Assembly (NCBI GenBank): GCA_965198735.1
Contig: OZ240672.1
Span: 50,743-82,742, forward strand
Reading direction: 5' to 3'
Source of the DNA: an uncultured Granulicella sp.
GTDB taxonomy: Bacteria > Acidobacteriota > Terriglobia > Terriglobales > Acidobacteriaceae
Length of the DNA stretch: 32,000 nt
Shown in pieces: positions 17,278-25,951 of this stretch; positions within the stretch are counted from its first letter, which is position 1, and each line of letters opens with the position of its first letter. Both the position numbers and the translations under genes were made by a program. The notes under the pieces were generated by a model. That model was not told the DNA's origin, did not search any database, and worked only from the letters and a program-made list of their open reading frames with translations.

Positions 17278-18758
17278 GTCCAACCCTCGCCACCACCTTC
17301 GCCGGCATCCCCTGCCTCAATCCCTTCTGGCTCGCCTCCGCCCCGCCCACCAACTGCGGCGAGCAGATCATGCGCGCCTTCGACGCAGGCTGGGGCGGCG
17401 CCGTCTGGAAGACCATCGGCGAACCCATTACCAACGTCAGCTCCCGCTACTCTTCTATCGATTACGAGGGCCGCCGCATGATGGGCTTCAACAACATCGA
17501 GCTCATCAGCGACCGCCCCATCGAGACCAACCTCCGCGAGATCGCCGAAGTCAAACGCCGCTACCCGAAGCACGTCGTCATCGCCTCGCTCATGGTCGCC
17601 AGCAACCGCGAAACCTGGCATGACATCGTCCAGCGCTCCGAGGACGCGGGAGCCGATGGCCTCGAGCTCAACTTCGGCTGCCCCCATGGCATGAGCGAGC
17701 GTGGCATGGGGTCCGCCGTCGGCCAGGTGCCCGAGTACTGCGAGCAGATCACCGGTTGGGTCAAGGAAAAAGCCCGCACCCCCGTCATCGTCAAGCTCAC
17801 CCCCAACATCTCCGACATCCGCATGCCCGCCCGCGCCGCCCGCCGCGCCGGAGCCGACGCCCTCTCCGCCATCAACACCATCAACTCCATCACGTCGATC
17901 GATCTCGACACCTTCGAGCCGCGCCCCCTAGTCGACGGCAAAAGCTCGCACGGAGGCTACTGCGGACCGGCCGTCAAACCCATCGCGCTCAACATGGTCC
18001 AGCAGATCATGTCAGACGGTGGCGCAGACCCCGAGGCCATGCTGCCGCTGTCCGGCATCGGCGGCATCGCTACCTGGCGGGATGCCGCCGAGTTCTTCCT
18101 GCTCGGCTGCGGCAACGTCCAGGTCTGCACCGCCGCCATGCACTATGGCTACCGCATCGTCGAGGACATGGCCGACGGCCTGCTCGGCTGGATGCGCGAC
18201 AAGGGCTTCACCACGCTCGACGACTTCCGCGGCCTCTCTTTACCGAACGTGCGCGAGTGGAAGCAGCTCAACCTCAACTACCGCGTCGTCGCCGAAATTC
18301 ACGCCGACAAGTGCATCGGCTGCCAGCTCTGCTACACCGCCTGCTGGGACGGCGCACACCAATGCATCCACCTCGACCGCACCTCCGGCGGCGACCAGCG
18401 TTTGCACCATGGGAAAGACCCCCGCTACGCCCACGGCGAACCCAACCCACACGGCAAACCCACTCCCGCCATGGTCTTCGCTGCCTCGACCAGGACCATC
18501 ACAACCACACCCATCCCCAAGCTCGACATGAGCGGTCCCGGCCTGAACTCCTCGGTCACCCCGCTCGAACGAATCCCCCGCGTCGACTGGGACGAGTGCG
18601 TCGGCTGCAATCTCTGCTCGCTCGTCTGCCCGGTCGAAGACTGCATCACCATGGAGCGCATCGAGACCGGTCTCCCGCCGCAAACCTGGGAGGAGCGATC
18701 AGCCGCCGGCATGGTCCCCGCGGACGCCACGCCCGCCGGCCTCGCCGAAGGTCATTAG
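17274..18758 (+). CDS. preA: Dihydropyrimidine dehydrogenase subunit PreA (DHODH-like TIM barrel plus 2x[4Fe-4S] ferredoxin tail) with an internal insertion
   Basis: Likely ATG at 17274 (MSPTLATTFAGIPCLNPFWLASAP). Class-1 DHODH-like motifs ELNFGCPHGM and GGIATWRDAAEF. Cluster motifs CIGCQLCYTAC (from 18312) and CVGCNLCSLVCP (from 18597). Confidence 0.88.
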   Translation: MSPTLATTFAGIPCLNPFWLASAPPTNCGEQIMRAFDAGWGGAVWKTIGEPITNVSSRYSSIDYEGRRMMGFNNIELISDRPIETNLREIAEVKRRYPKHVVIASLMVASNRETWHDIVQRSEDAGADGLELNFGCPHGMSERGMGSAVGQVPEYCEQITGWVKEKARTPVIVKLTPNISDIRMPARAARRAGADALSAINTINSITSIDLDTFEPRPLVDGKSSHGGYCGPAVKPIALNMVQQIMSDGGADPEAMLPLSGIGGIATWRDAAEFFLLGCGNVQVCTAAMHYGYRIVEDMADGLLGWMRDKGFTTLDDFRGLSLPNVREWKQLNLNYRVVAEIHADKCIGCQLCYTACWDGAHQCIHLDRTSGGDQRLHHGKDPRYAHGEPNPHGKPTPAMVFAASTRTITTTPIPKLDMSGPGLNSSVTPLERIPRVDWDECVGCNLCSLVCPVEDCITMERIETGLPPQTWEERSAAGMVPADATPAGLAEGH

Positions 18759-18784
18759 GAGTCTGATTGGAAAGATTCCGGGTG

Positions 18785-18819
18785 CCCCATCTCAGACGGT
18801 CTTATCGTCTGAGGTGGGG
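18785..18819. terminator. 14-bp-stem hairpin at the convergent preA / MFS junction (candidate bidirectional terminator)
   Basis: CCCCATCTCAGACG (18785-18798), loop GTCTTAT, CGTCTGAGGTGGGG (18806-18819). There is one U-G position and all other pairs are Watson-Crick. It overlaps the last 9 codons of the MFS gene. No U-tract on either strand. Confidence 0.4.
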
Positions 18820-20033
18820 AAACCAGCGCTCTCCCGCCGCCGCAGCACCACCAGCCCCCAGCCCAGCAGCACACACACCCCAATACTCAGGCCCGCATCC
18901 ACCACGAAGCTCCCCACCACGCCGCGCCAGTCGTAGCCCTTTCCATCTAGCACCCCCATGTAGATGATCGGCAGGTTGACCGCCGCCGTCAGCAGCGTGA
19001 ACTGGGTCGCGGCCAGCGGATTCTCCTGCCCGATCGTCTCGAACGTGATCGCATTTCCCGCCGCGAACGCCAGCGCCTGGAACGCATTCTCCCCCGTCAT
19101 CGCAATGGCGAACGTCGTCGGCGTATGCGGCATCAGCAGCAGGCTCAGCGTAAACACGCCCCCGGCAATGCCGATCGCCAGGTACAGCGGCCGCAGCGCC
19201 AGCTTTCTCGCCAGTGGCGGCAGCAGTAGGCTGCCGACCACGCCCGCAGCCGCCGAACCAACGCCACCCAGCAGGCTCACCATACGCTCGCTCGCGGAGA
19301 AATCCTTGCCAATGCCCGCAAGCACATTCGTCAGCGCAAACGACGCCGAGGGAAGCAGGAACAGCACCAGCGCAATCACCACTTCCCGCCGCCTCACCAA
19401 CGCCACGATCTCCCCGAAAAACCTGCCGAAGCTCTCGCTCGCCAGCCGCCGGTCCGGAGGAGGCGCCGGAATGAACACGTATAGCAGCGAAGGCAGCAGC
19501 ACGACCGCTCCGATCAGCAAACCCGCTGCAACCGGCGGCCAGCGATGCACCGTCTCACCCGCAAACAGCGCCATCAGCCCGCCCGCGCCGGTGTTCGAGA
19601 CAGCAAACCACGCGCCCAGCCGGCTGTCGTTTTCCTTTGGCACCAGGCTACCCATCCACCCGCCCACCGCCCCCTGCACCAGCGACGCCGCGATGTAGCC
19701 GGCCAGCATCACGCCCTCAATCAACGTCGGATTCGTCCGATGCGCCACCGAAAACGCCACCGCCCCAGCCGCAAGCACCGAGAACACCAGCGCGTACGTC
19801 CGGCGGCTGAAGCGCACATCCAGCAGCGGCGAAAACAGAAACACGAAGAACCCAGGCGAGAGCACCGCCGCAATCACCGCGGCAATACGGCCGCCCGGAA
19901 CCCCCTGCGCGGCCAGCATCTCTGGCAGCGTAATCACCGAAAAGCCGCCGACAAAGCCAAACGTCGCGTTCGTAAGCCCCATCAGCCAAACCGGGGGCAG
20001 CCTGCGCAATGCAGTCATCTGGAGGTCGGCCAA
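18792..20033 (-). CDS. MFS transporter (AmpG/PAT-like), substrate unknown
   Basis: 413 aa, about 12 hydrophobic segments. N-terminus LPPVWLMGLTNATFGFVGGF....LPEMLAAQG. TTG start at 20033 is preceded by GGAG at 6-nt spacing; an alternative ATG lies at 20018. Confidence 0.65.
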   Translation of the reverse strand: MADLQMTALRRLPPVWLMGLTNATFGFVGGFSVITLPEMLAAQGVPGGRIAAVIAAVLSPGFFVFLFSPLLDVRFSRRTYALVFSVLAAGAVAFSVAHRTNPTLIEGVMLAGYIAASLVQGAVGGWMGSLVPKENDSRLGAWFAVSNTGAGGLMALFAGETVHRWPPVAAGLLIGAVVLLPSLLYVFIPAPPPDRRLASESFGRFFGEIVALVRRREVVIALVLFLLPSASFALTNVLAGIGKDFSASERMVSLLGGVGSAAAGVVGSLLLPPLARKLALRPLYLAIGIAGGVFTLSLLLMPHTPTTFAIAMTGENAFQALAFAAGNAITFETIGQENPLAATQFTLLTAAVNLPIIYMGVLDGKGYDWRGVVGSFVVDAGLSIGVCVLLGWGLVVLRRRESAGFPTSDDKTV

Positions 20034-20041
20034 GCGAAGCT

Positions 20042-20111
20042 CCTGAAGTTCGTCGTTGGTTTGCCTGAAGTGAAGTCATTCTGTCATACGTGCGAAGCCT
20101 CCGCCTGAAGT
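20042..20111. promoter_or_regulatory. Three direct copies of CCTGAAGT in the divergent MFS / dihydropyrimidinase intergenic region
   Basis: Exact octamers at 20042-20049, 20064-20071 and 20104-20111, read from the sequence. The region 20034-20146 must hold both divergent promoters. Copy 1 lies next to the MFS SD. Confidence 0.3.
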
Positions 20112-20146
20112 AAGCTTTTCTTTCAAGCACACCATTGGAGCAGCGT

Positions 20147-21549
20147 ATGGGCACCCTCATCCAACACGGCACAGTCATCCACGCCGACTCCACCCTCCAG
20201 GCCGACGTCCTCCTCGAAGGCGAAACCATCGCCGCCGTCGCCCCTAACCTTCCGCCCGCCAACCACACCCTCGTCGACGCCACCGGCCTGCTCGTCCTCC
20301 CCGGAGGCATCGACGTCCACACTCACCTCGACATGCCCTTCGGCGGCACCACCTCCGCCGACGACTACCTCACCGGAACTCGCGCCGCCGCCATGGGAGG
20401 CACCACCACCGTCATCGACTTCGCCCTGCAGTCCCGTGGCCACACCCTCGCTGAAGCCCTCGCCACCTGGGACGCCAAGGCCGCCGGCAAGGCCTGCATC
20501 GACTACGCCCTCCACATGGCCATCACCGACCTCAATCCCACCGGCGGCACCCACAATGAAACCCTCGCCGAGATGGAAGCCATGGTCGCCCGCGGCATCA
20601 CCAGCTTCAAGCTCTTCATGGCCTACCCCGGCGTCCTCATGATCGACGACGGCCTCATGTTCCAGGTCATGCAGAAGGCCGCCGCGCTCGGCGCACTCTG
20701 CCTCATCCATGCCGAAAACGGGGCCGCCATCGACGTCGTCGTCGCCCAGGCCCTCGCCGCCGGCCACACCGAGCCACACTGGCATGCGCTGACGCGCTCC
20801 GTGGAAGCCGAGGCCGAAGCCACTCATCGCGCCATCGCCCTCGCCGAGATGGCCGGCGCCACCGTCTACATCGTCCACCTCTCAAACGCCGACTCCCTCC
20901 GCGAGCTCAAGGCCGCCCAGGCCCGCGGCCTCCGCGCGCTCGCCGAAACCTGCACCCAGTACCTCGTCCTCTCGCTCGAAGAGCAAATGCCCGGCACGAG
21001 CTTCGACGAAGCCAAGTACGTCTTCACCCCGCCCCTGCGCCCCAAGGCCAACCACGCCCCCCTCTGGCAGGCACTCGCCGATGGCTCCCTCTCCGTCGTC
21101 TCCACCGACCACTGCCCCTTCCGCTTCGCCGACCAGAAATCCCTCGGCCTCCACGACTTCACTAAAATCCCCAACGGCGGCCCCGGCATCGAGAACCGCC
21201 TGCAGCTCCTCTGGCACCACGGCGTCAACGCCGGCCTCCTCACCCCCCAGCGCTTCGTCGCCCTCACCGCCGCCGAGCCCGCCCGCATCTTCGGCATGAC
21301 CTCCAAGGGCGTCATCGCCCCCGACAAAGACGCCGACCTCCTCCTCTGGGATCCCCACGCCGACTACACCATCTCCGCCGCCACCCAGGCCATGAACACC
21401 GACTACAGCATGTTCGAAGGCTGGCACGTCCAGGGCAACGCAGCCCAGGTCTACTCCCGCGGCGAGTGCATCGTCGACCGCGGCCGCTTCCTCGGCACCC
21501 CCGGCCGCGGGCGCTTCCTCCATCGCCAGGCGAACGCGGGAGAGCTCCT

Positions 21550-21553
<4 letters not shown>
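20147..21553 (+). CDS. Dihydropyrimidinase / D-hydantoinase (cyclic amidohydrolase)
   Basis: ATG at 20147 with GGAG 6 nt upstream. Metal-binding GGIDVHTHLDMPFGGT, the carbamylated-Lys context ITSFKLFMAY, then HAENG and STDHCPF. Confidence 0.92.
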
Positions 21554-22977
<1,424 letters not shown>

Positions 22978-23084
22978 AGATGTCCGACCTGCTGTATGCG
23001 CCAACGGCAAGCGACAAGAACGAGAGGTAGTCGGGTCAATCTCACGTGGACCGCTGAAGTTGCTGAAAACCCGACTTTTGAGGA

Positions 23085-23105
23085 AGTGACTCCGGATTAG
23101 TCACT
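23085..23105. promoter_or_regulatory. 7-bp inverted repeat AGTGACT-n7-AGTCACT upstream of the islet gene, followed by a TATACT box 6 nt before the ATG
   Basis: Arms at 23085-23091 and 23099-23105. TATACT at 23128-23133, ATG at 23140, with no SD in between, which suggests a leaderless or very short-leader transcript. It could instead be a weak terminator of the NCS1 gene. Confidence 0.3.
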
Positions 23106-23139
23106 ACAAAGCGCGTTTATCGAGACCTATACTTTCTGC

Positions 23140-23898
23140 ATGCAACCACCAAACCTTCGCCCGAACCCGCGTCCCCGAAATCTGGCCGAAAAACTTGGGG
23201 TTGAGGGAAGTCCATGCCCTATTCCCGCTACACATGACAGACTTGCTGAGGTGCATTATTGGTGGCATGAGATGGCGGAGTGGTATCACGAACCAGACCC
23301 CTTCCGTTATCGCCTCGGGGCGTTTGCACAAGCTGCCCGAAGCGTTACTTTGATGCTCCAAAAAGAGAAAGCCGCCTTCGCTGACTTTGGTTGGTACGAG
23401 GTAAATTGGGTTCCTCGAGCGAAGCTCGATCCAGTCATGAAGTGGCTAGACTCAACACGGACAAATCTGTTCCACAGACAGAGTTTAGAGCCTTCAAGCT
23501 GGTTAGAAATGCAGTGTTTTCGAAATCCACGTGAGTCGCCATGGGACGAAGACAACGTGCCTGCCGGCACCGTCGATCCTTTTCAATGTACTCACTATTA
23601 CATAAATCAAGGACCCTCTACGGATCACGGACACAACTTCACGCGCTTGTGGAGTATGGACGGCTTGGGTGGCAGCGAACTATTGAGTGTATGCGCAGAC
23701 ATATACGACAAGCTCGACGAATTGGTCAGTGAAGCCCATCAGCGGTTAGGGGTATCCACTGTTTCGTACGCTGGCCCCGAATCGAAAAGGCGGTTGCCCT
23801 GTATGGGAGACACAGATAAATATCGAATCGTAAAAACAAGAATTAGAAAAGGCAAAGAGGTGTGGATCAACAGACCCAAGAAGCCCCATGTCGGCTGA
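23140..23898 (+). CDS. Orphan hypothetical protein (252 aa) with a HEPN-like helical N-domain and an R-x4-H motif
   Basis: A hand-counted line in this gene gave about 52% GC against about 67% in the flanks. Predicted helices HDRLAEVHYWWHEMAEWY and FRYRLGAFAQAARSVTLMLQKEKAAF, then DPVMKWLDST-RTNLFH-RQ (R107...H112, nt 23458-23475), and a late helix ELLSVCADIYDKLDELVSEAHQRL. Basic C-terminal tail. I recognise no family with certainty. Confidence 0.6.
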   Translation: MQPPNLRPNPRPRNLAEKLGVEGSPCPIPATHDRLAEVHYWWHEMAEWYHEPDPFRYRLGAFAQAARSVTLMLQKEKAAFADFGWYEVNWVPRAKLDPVMKWLDSTRTNLFHRQSLEPSSWLEMQCFRNPRESPWDEDNVPAGTVDPFQCTHYYINQGPSTDHGHNFTRLWSMDGLGGSELLSVCADIYDKLDELVSEAHQRLGVSTVSYAGPESKRRLPCMGDTDKYRIVKTRIRKGKEVWINRPKKPHVG

Positions 23899-24071
23899 GA
23901 AATGGAGTTTCTATCGATAAGTTGGCTCGTCGTCACTGATCCGCTATGTTTGTCATTCGCAAAAAACGGGGTTGTCCGCAAATTCGATTGCTCCGAACAT
24001 CAAACTGACCCACTACGGGCGCCACGCTGCAGTTGCACCAGAAGCGCCCAACACTTTTGCTAAAATCCCGC

Positions 24072-24815
24072 ATGGCGACCTATCTCGTCGGGCCCGATGA
24101 CTACGCCGGCTGGAATCCCACCGGCCGCAACTTCGCTCTCATCGGCGCCGGTGTAGGCGCAGCTGGCCTGCTCTCGTGGATGTCCCTCCATCATCATCTC
24201 GGAGCCTTCCGGCCCACTGCGGCATCCGATCAGCTCTTTCTCGGCGGTCTGGTTTGGCTGGGATTGGGAGGTTTCTGTATTATGGCCTTCGCCGCCCTCG
24301 GTTCGATGATGCTCTCCCTCAGATCACGCGGCACAGTCAGCATTACTGCGGAAGGCGTTTTCCGGACGATCCAGTCTCATACTGACTCCCTTGCGTGGTC
24401 TGAAATTAACGGATTTGTTCCCATGACCTACGGAGGCGTAACCCTCGTCTCCGCGCCTGCAAAACCCGATATCGTCATCCCGCGATTTTTAGATGATTAC
24501 CGCGCCTGCATCGCCGAGATCAAAGATCATGGCATTCCCGTTCTTCCCACCAGCAGCCTTCGGCAGAAACGAAAGACGACCTGGGTGGATGCAGTACAAA
24601 ATTTCCTTTTCATCTTTCTCTCCAGCATTGCCATGGATTCTCACGAGTCCGACCGCGTCCGCATCGCAAGCTTCAGCGGAGCTATTTTGTTCTTGGTATA
24701 CGTGCTGCAGACTTCTCGATCGAAACCTGATCGGATCAGTCGATTGACCACGTTCGGAGGAGTGCTCCTCGGTTTCACTCTCCTGGCACTCGTGCGTACG
24801 GCTCTGAGTTGGTAA
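24072..24815 (+). CDS. Membrane protein: 2 TM, a cytoplasmic PH-like (bPH/YdbS-like) segment, then 3 TM
   Basis: ATG at 24072; the track TTG at 24033 is also possible. TM segments FALIGAGVGAAGLLSWMSL and LFLGGLVWLGLGGFCIMAFAALGSMML. Then GTVSITAEGVFRT....LAWSEINGFV...GVTLV, resembling bacterial PH domains, followed by three more hydrophobic helices. Confidence 0.6.
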   Translation: MATYLVGPDDYAGWNPTGRNFALIGAGVGAAGLLSWMSLHHHLGAFRPTAASDQLFLGGLVWLGLGGFCIMAFAALGSMMLSLRSRGTVSITAEGVFRTIQSHTDSLAWSEINGFVPMTYGGVTLVSAPAKPDIVIPRFLDDYRACIAEIKDHGIPVLPTSSLRQKRKTTWVDAVQNFLFIFLSSIAMDSHESDRVRIASFSGAILFLVYVLQTSRSKPDRISRLTTFGGVLLGFTLLALVRTALSW

Positions 24816-24829
24816 AACGAAAGGATCCC

Positions 24830-25237
24830 ATGGTCACCATCCAAATGAACTACGAAGGAGACCTGCACTGCCGCGCCGTGCATGAGCCCTCCTCCACCGC
24901 CCTCGCCACCGACGCCCCCAAGGACAACCAGGGACGCGGCGAAAGCTTCTCCCCCACCGACCTCGTCGCCACCGCGCTCGGCACCTGCATCCTCACCACC
25001 ATGGGCATCGTCGCCCGCAATCACGGCATCGACATGACCGGCGCCACCGCCATCGTCGAAAAGGACATGACCGCCGTCCCCACCCGCAGGATCGGCAGTC
25101 TCGCCACCAAGATCCACATGCCCCACGACCTCACCGACGAGCACAAGCAGCGCCTCGAACGCGCCGCCCACACCTGCCCCGTGCACAAAAGCCTCCACCC
25201 CGACGTGCACGCCCCCATCGACTTCACCTGGGGCTGA
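24830..25237 (+). CDS. OsmC/Ohr-family protein (putative peroxiredoxin-like)
   Basis: ATG at 24830 with SD GAAAGGA. Conserved Cys contexts LGTCILTTMG and AHTCPVHKS. About 135 aa, high GC like the host. Confidence 0.8.
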   Translation: MVTIQMNYEGDLHCRAVHEPSSTALATDAPKDNQGRGESFSPTDLVATALGTCILTTMGIVARNHGIDMTGATAIVEKDMTAVPTRRIGSLATKIHMPHDLTDEHKQRLERAAHTCPVHKSLHPDVHAPIDFTWG

Positions 25238-25298
25238 CTCAGATGCGTCGTCAACCCTGAAACACGCGCAGGCAGACATACACTAGGAGTCCAGGTCA

Positions 25299-25511
25299 AT
25301 GACAGAACCGAACCATTCATTTGCTCCAAGAAAGCTCACCCACGCCCAGGCGCGCATGGAGCACCTGCTTTACTGGAGCCGGAAGACCGTCGCGGAACGT
25401 CTTGCGGCCTCCCGAGCGTTGACCAAGAGAATGTACCTCATGCGCGGAGTCGACCTCGATGGACTCAAGCCAGATCTCACTCCTCGCCGCGTTTCTCGCC
25501 GCACGCGTTGA
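25299..25511 (+). CDS. Small basic protein (70 aa), putative partner of the downstream nucleotidyltransferase
   Basis: GGAG about 10 nt upstream of the ATG. Third-codon positions are about 67% GC. Predicted helical core ARMEHLLYWSRKTVAERLAASRALTKRMYLMRG. Its 3' end overlaps the next gene by 53 nt out of frame. Confidence 0.45.
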   Translation: MTEPNHSFAPRKLTHAQARMEHLLYWSRKTVAERLAASRALTKRMYLMRGVDLDGLKPDLTPRRVSRRTR

Positions 25512-25920
25512 CTATGTTGTCGTCGGCGGCGTCGCCGTCAACGCACACGGTTACGTCCGCGCCACCAACGACCTGGACCTCTTCATCCGGCCGACCGAAG
25601 ACAACGCCCGCGCTGCCTTTGAAGCCCTCCTTACCCTCGGCGTTCCACTCGACGGTTACCAGGCCTCCGACCTGCTCGACGACGAAGAAAACCTTCGCTT
25701 CGGCCCGCAGGAAGACCACGTCGACCTCCTGGCCTCTATCGGCGAGATGCCCTTCGATCAGGTGTGGCGCAATCGGCTGCAAAAGGAGATCGCCGGCCTG
25801 CTCATCCCGTTCATCTCGAAGGCCGACCTCATCGAGAACAAGCGGCAGACAGGCCGCCTGAGAGACCTCGCCGACGTCGAAGAGCTTTTACTCATTCCGG
25901 AAATCGACCCCACCACGTAG
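25459..25920 (+). CDS. Minimal pol-beta-superfamily nucleotidyltransferase-fold protein (153 aa)
   Basis: The pattern VVVGGVAVNAHGYVRATNDLDLFI fits the hG[GS]-x(9-13)-DxD NTase signature. The C-terminal ISKADLIENKRQTGRLRDLADVEEL is typical of small uncharacterised NTases. The only canonical in-frame start is ATG 25459. Confidence 0.6.
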   Translation: MDSSQISLLAAFLAARVDYVVVGGVAVNAHGYVRATNDLDLFIRPTEDNARAAFEALLTLGVPLDGYQASDLLDDEENLRFGPQEDHVDLLASIGEMPFDQVWRNRLQKEIAGLLIPFISKADLIENKRQTGRLRDLADVEELLLIPEIDPTT

Positions 25921-25951
25921 ACTGAATCATCCACGTTTGAAAGGCGCGCCC

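Noticed and set aside
16796-18766. Long alternate-frame ORFs inside preT/preA (16796-17623, 275 aa; 17756-18766, 336 aa; 18019-18531, 170 aa) rich in Pro/Ser/Arg/His
   Set aside because: They are same-strand shifted frames of well-supported genes, with extreme low-complexity composition and no independent start signals.
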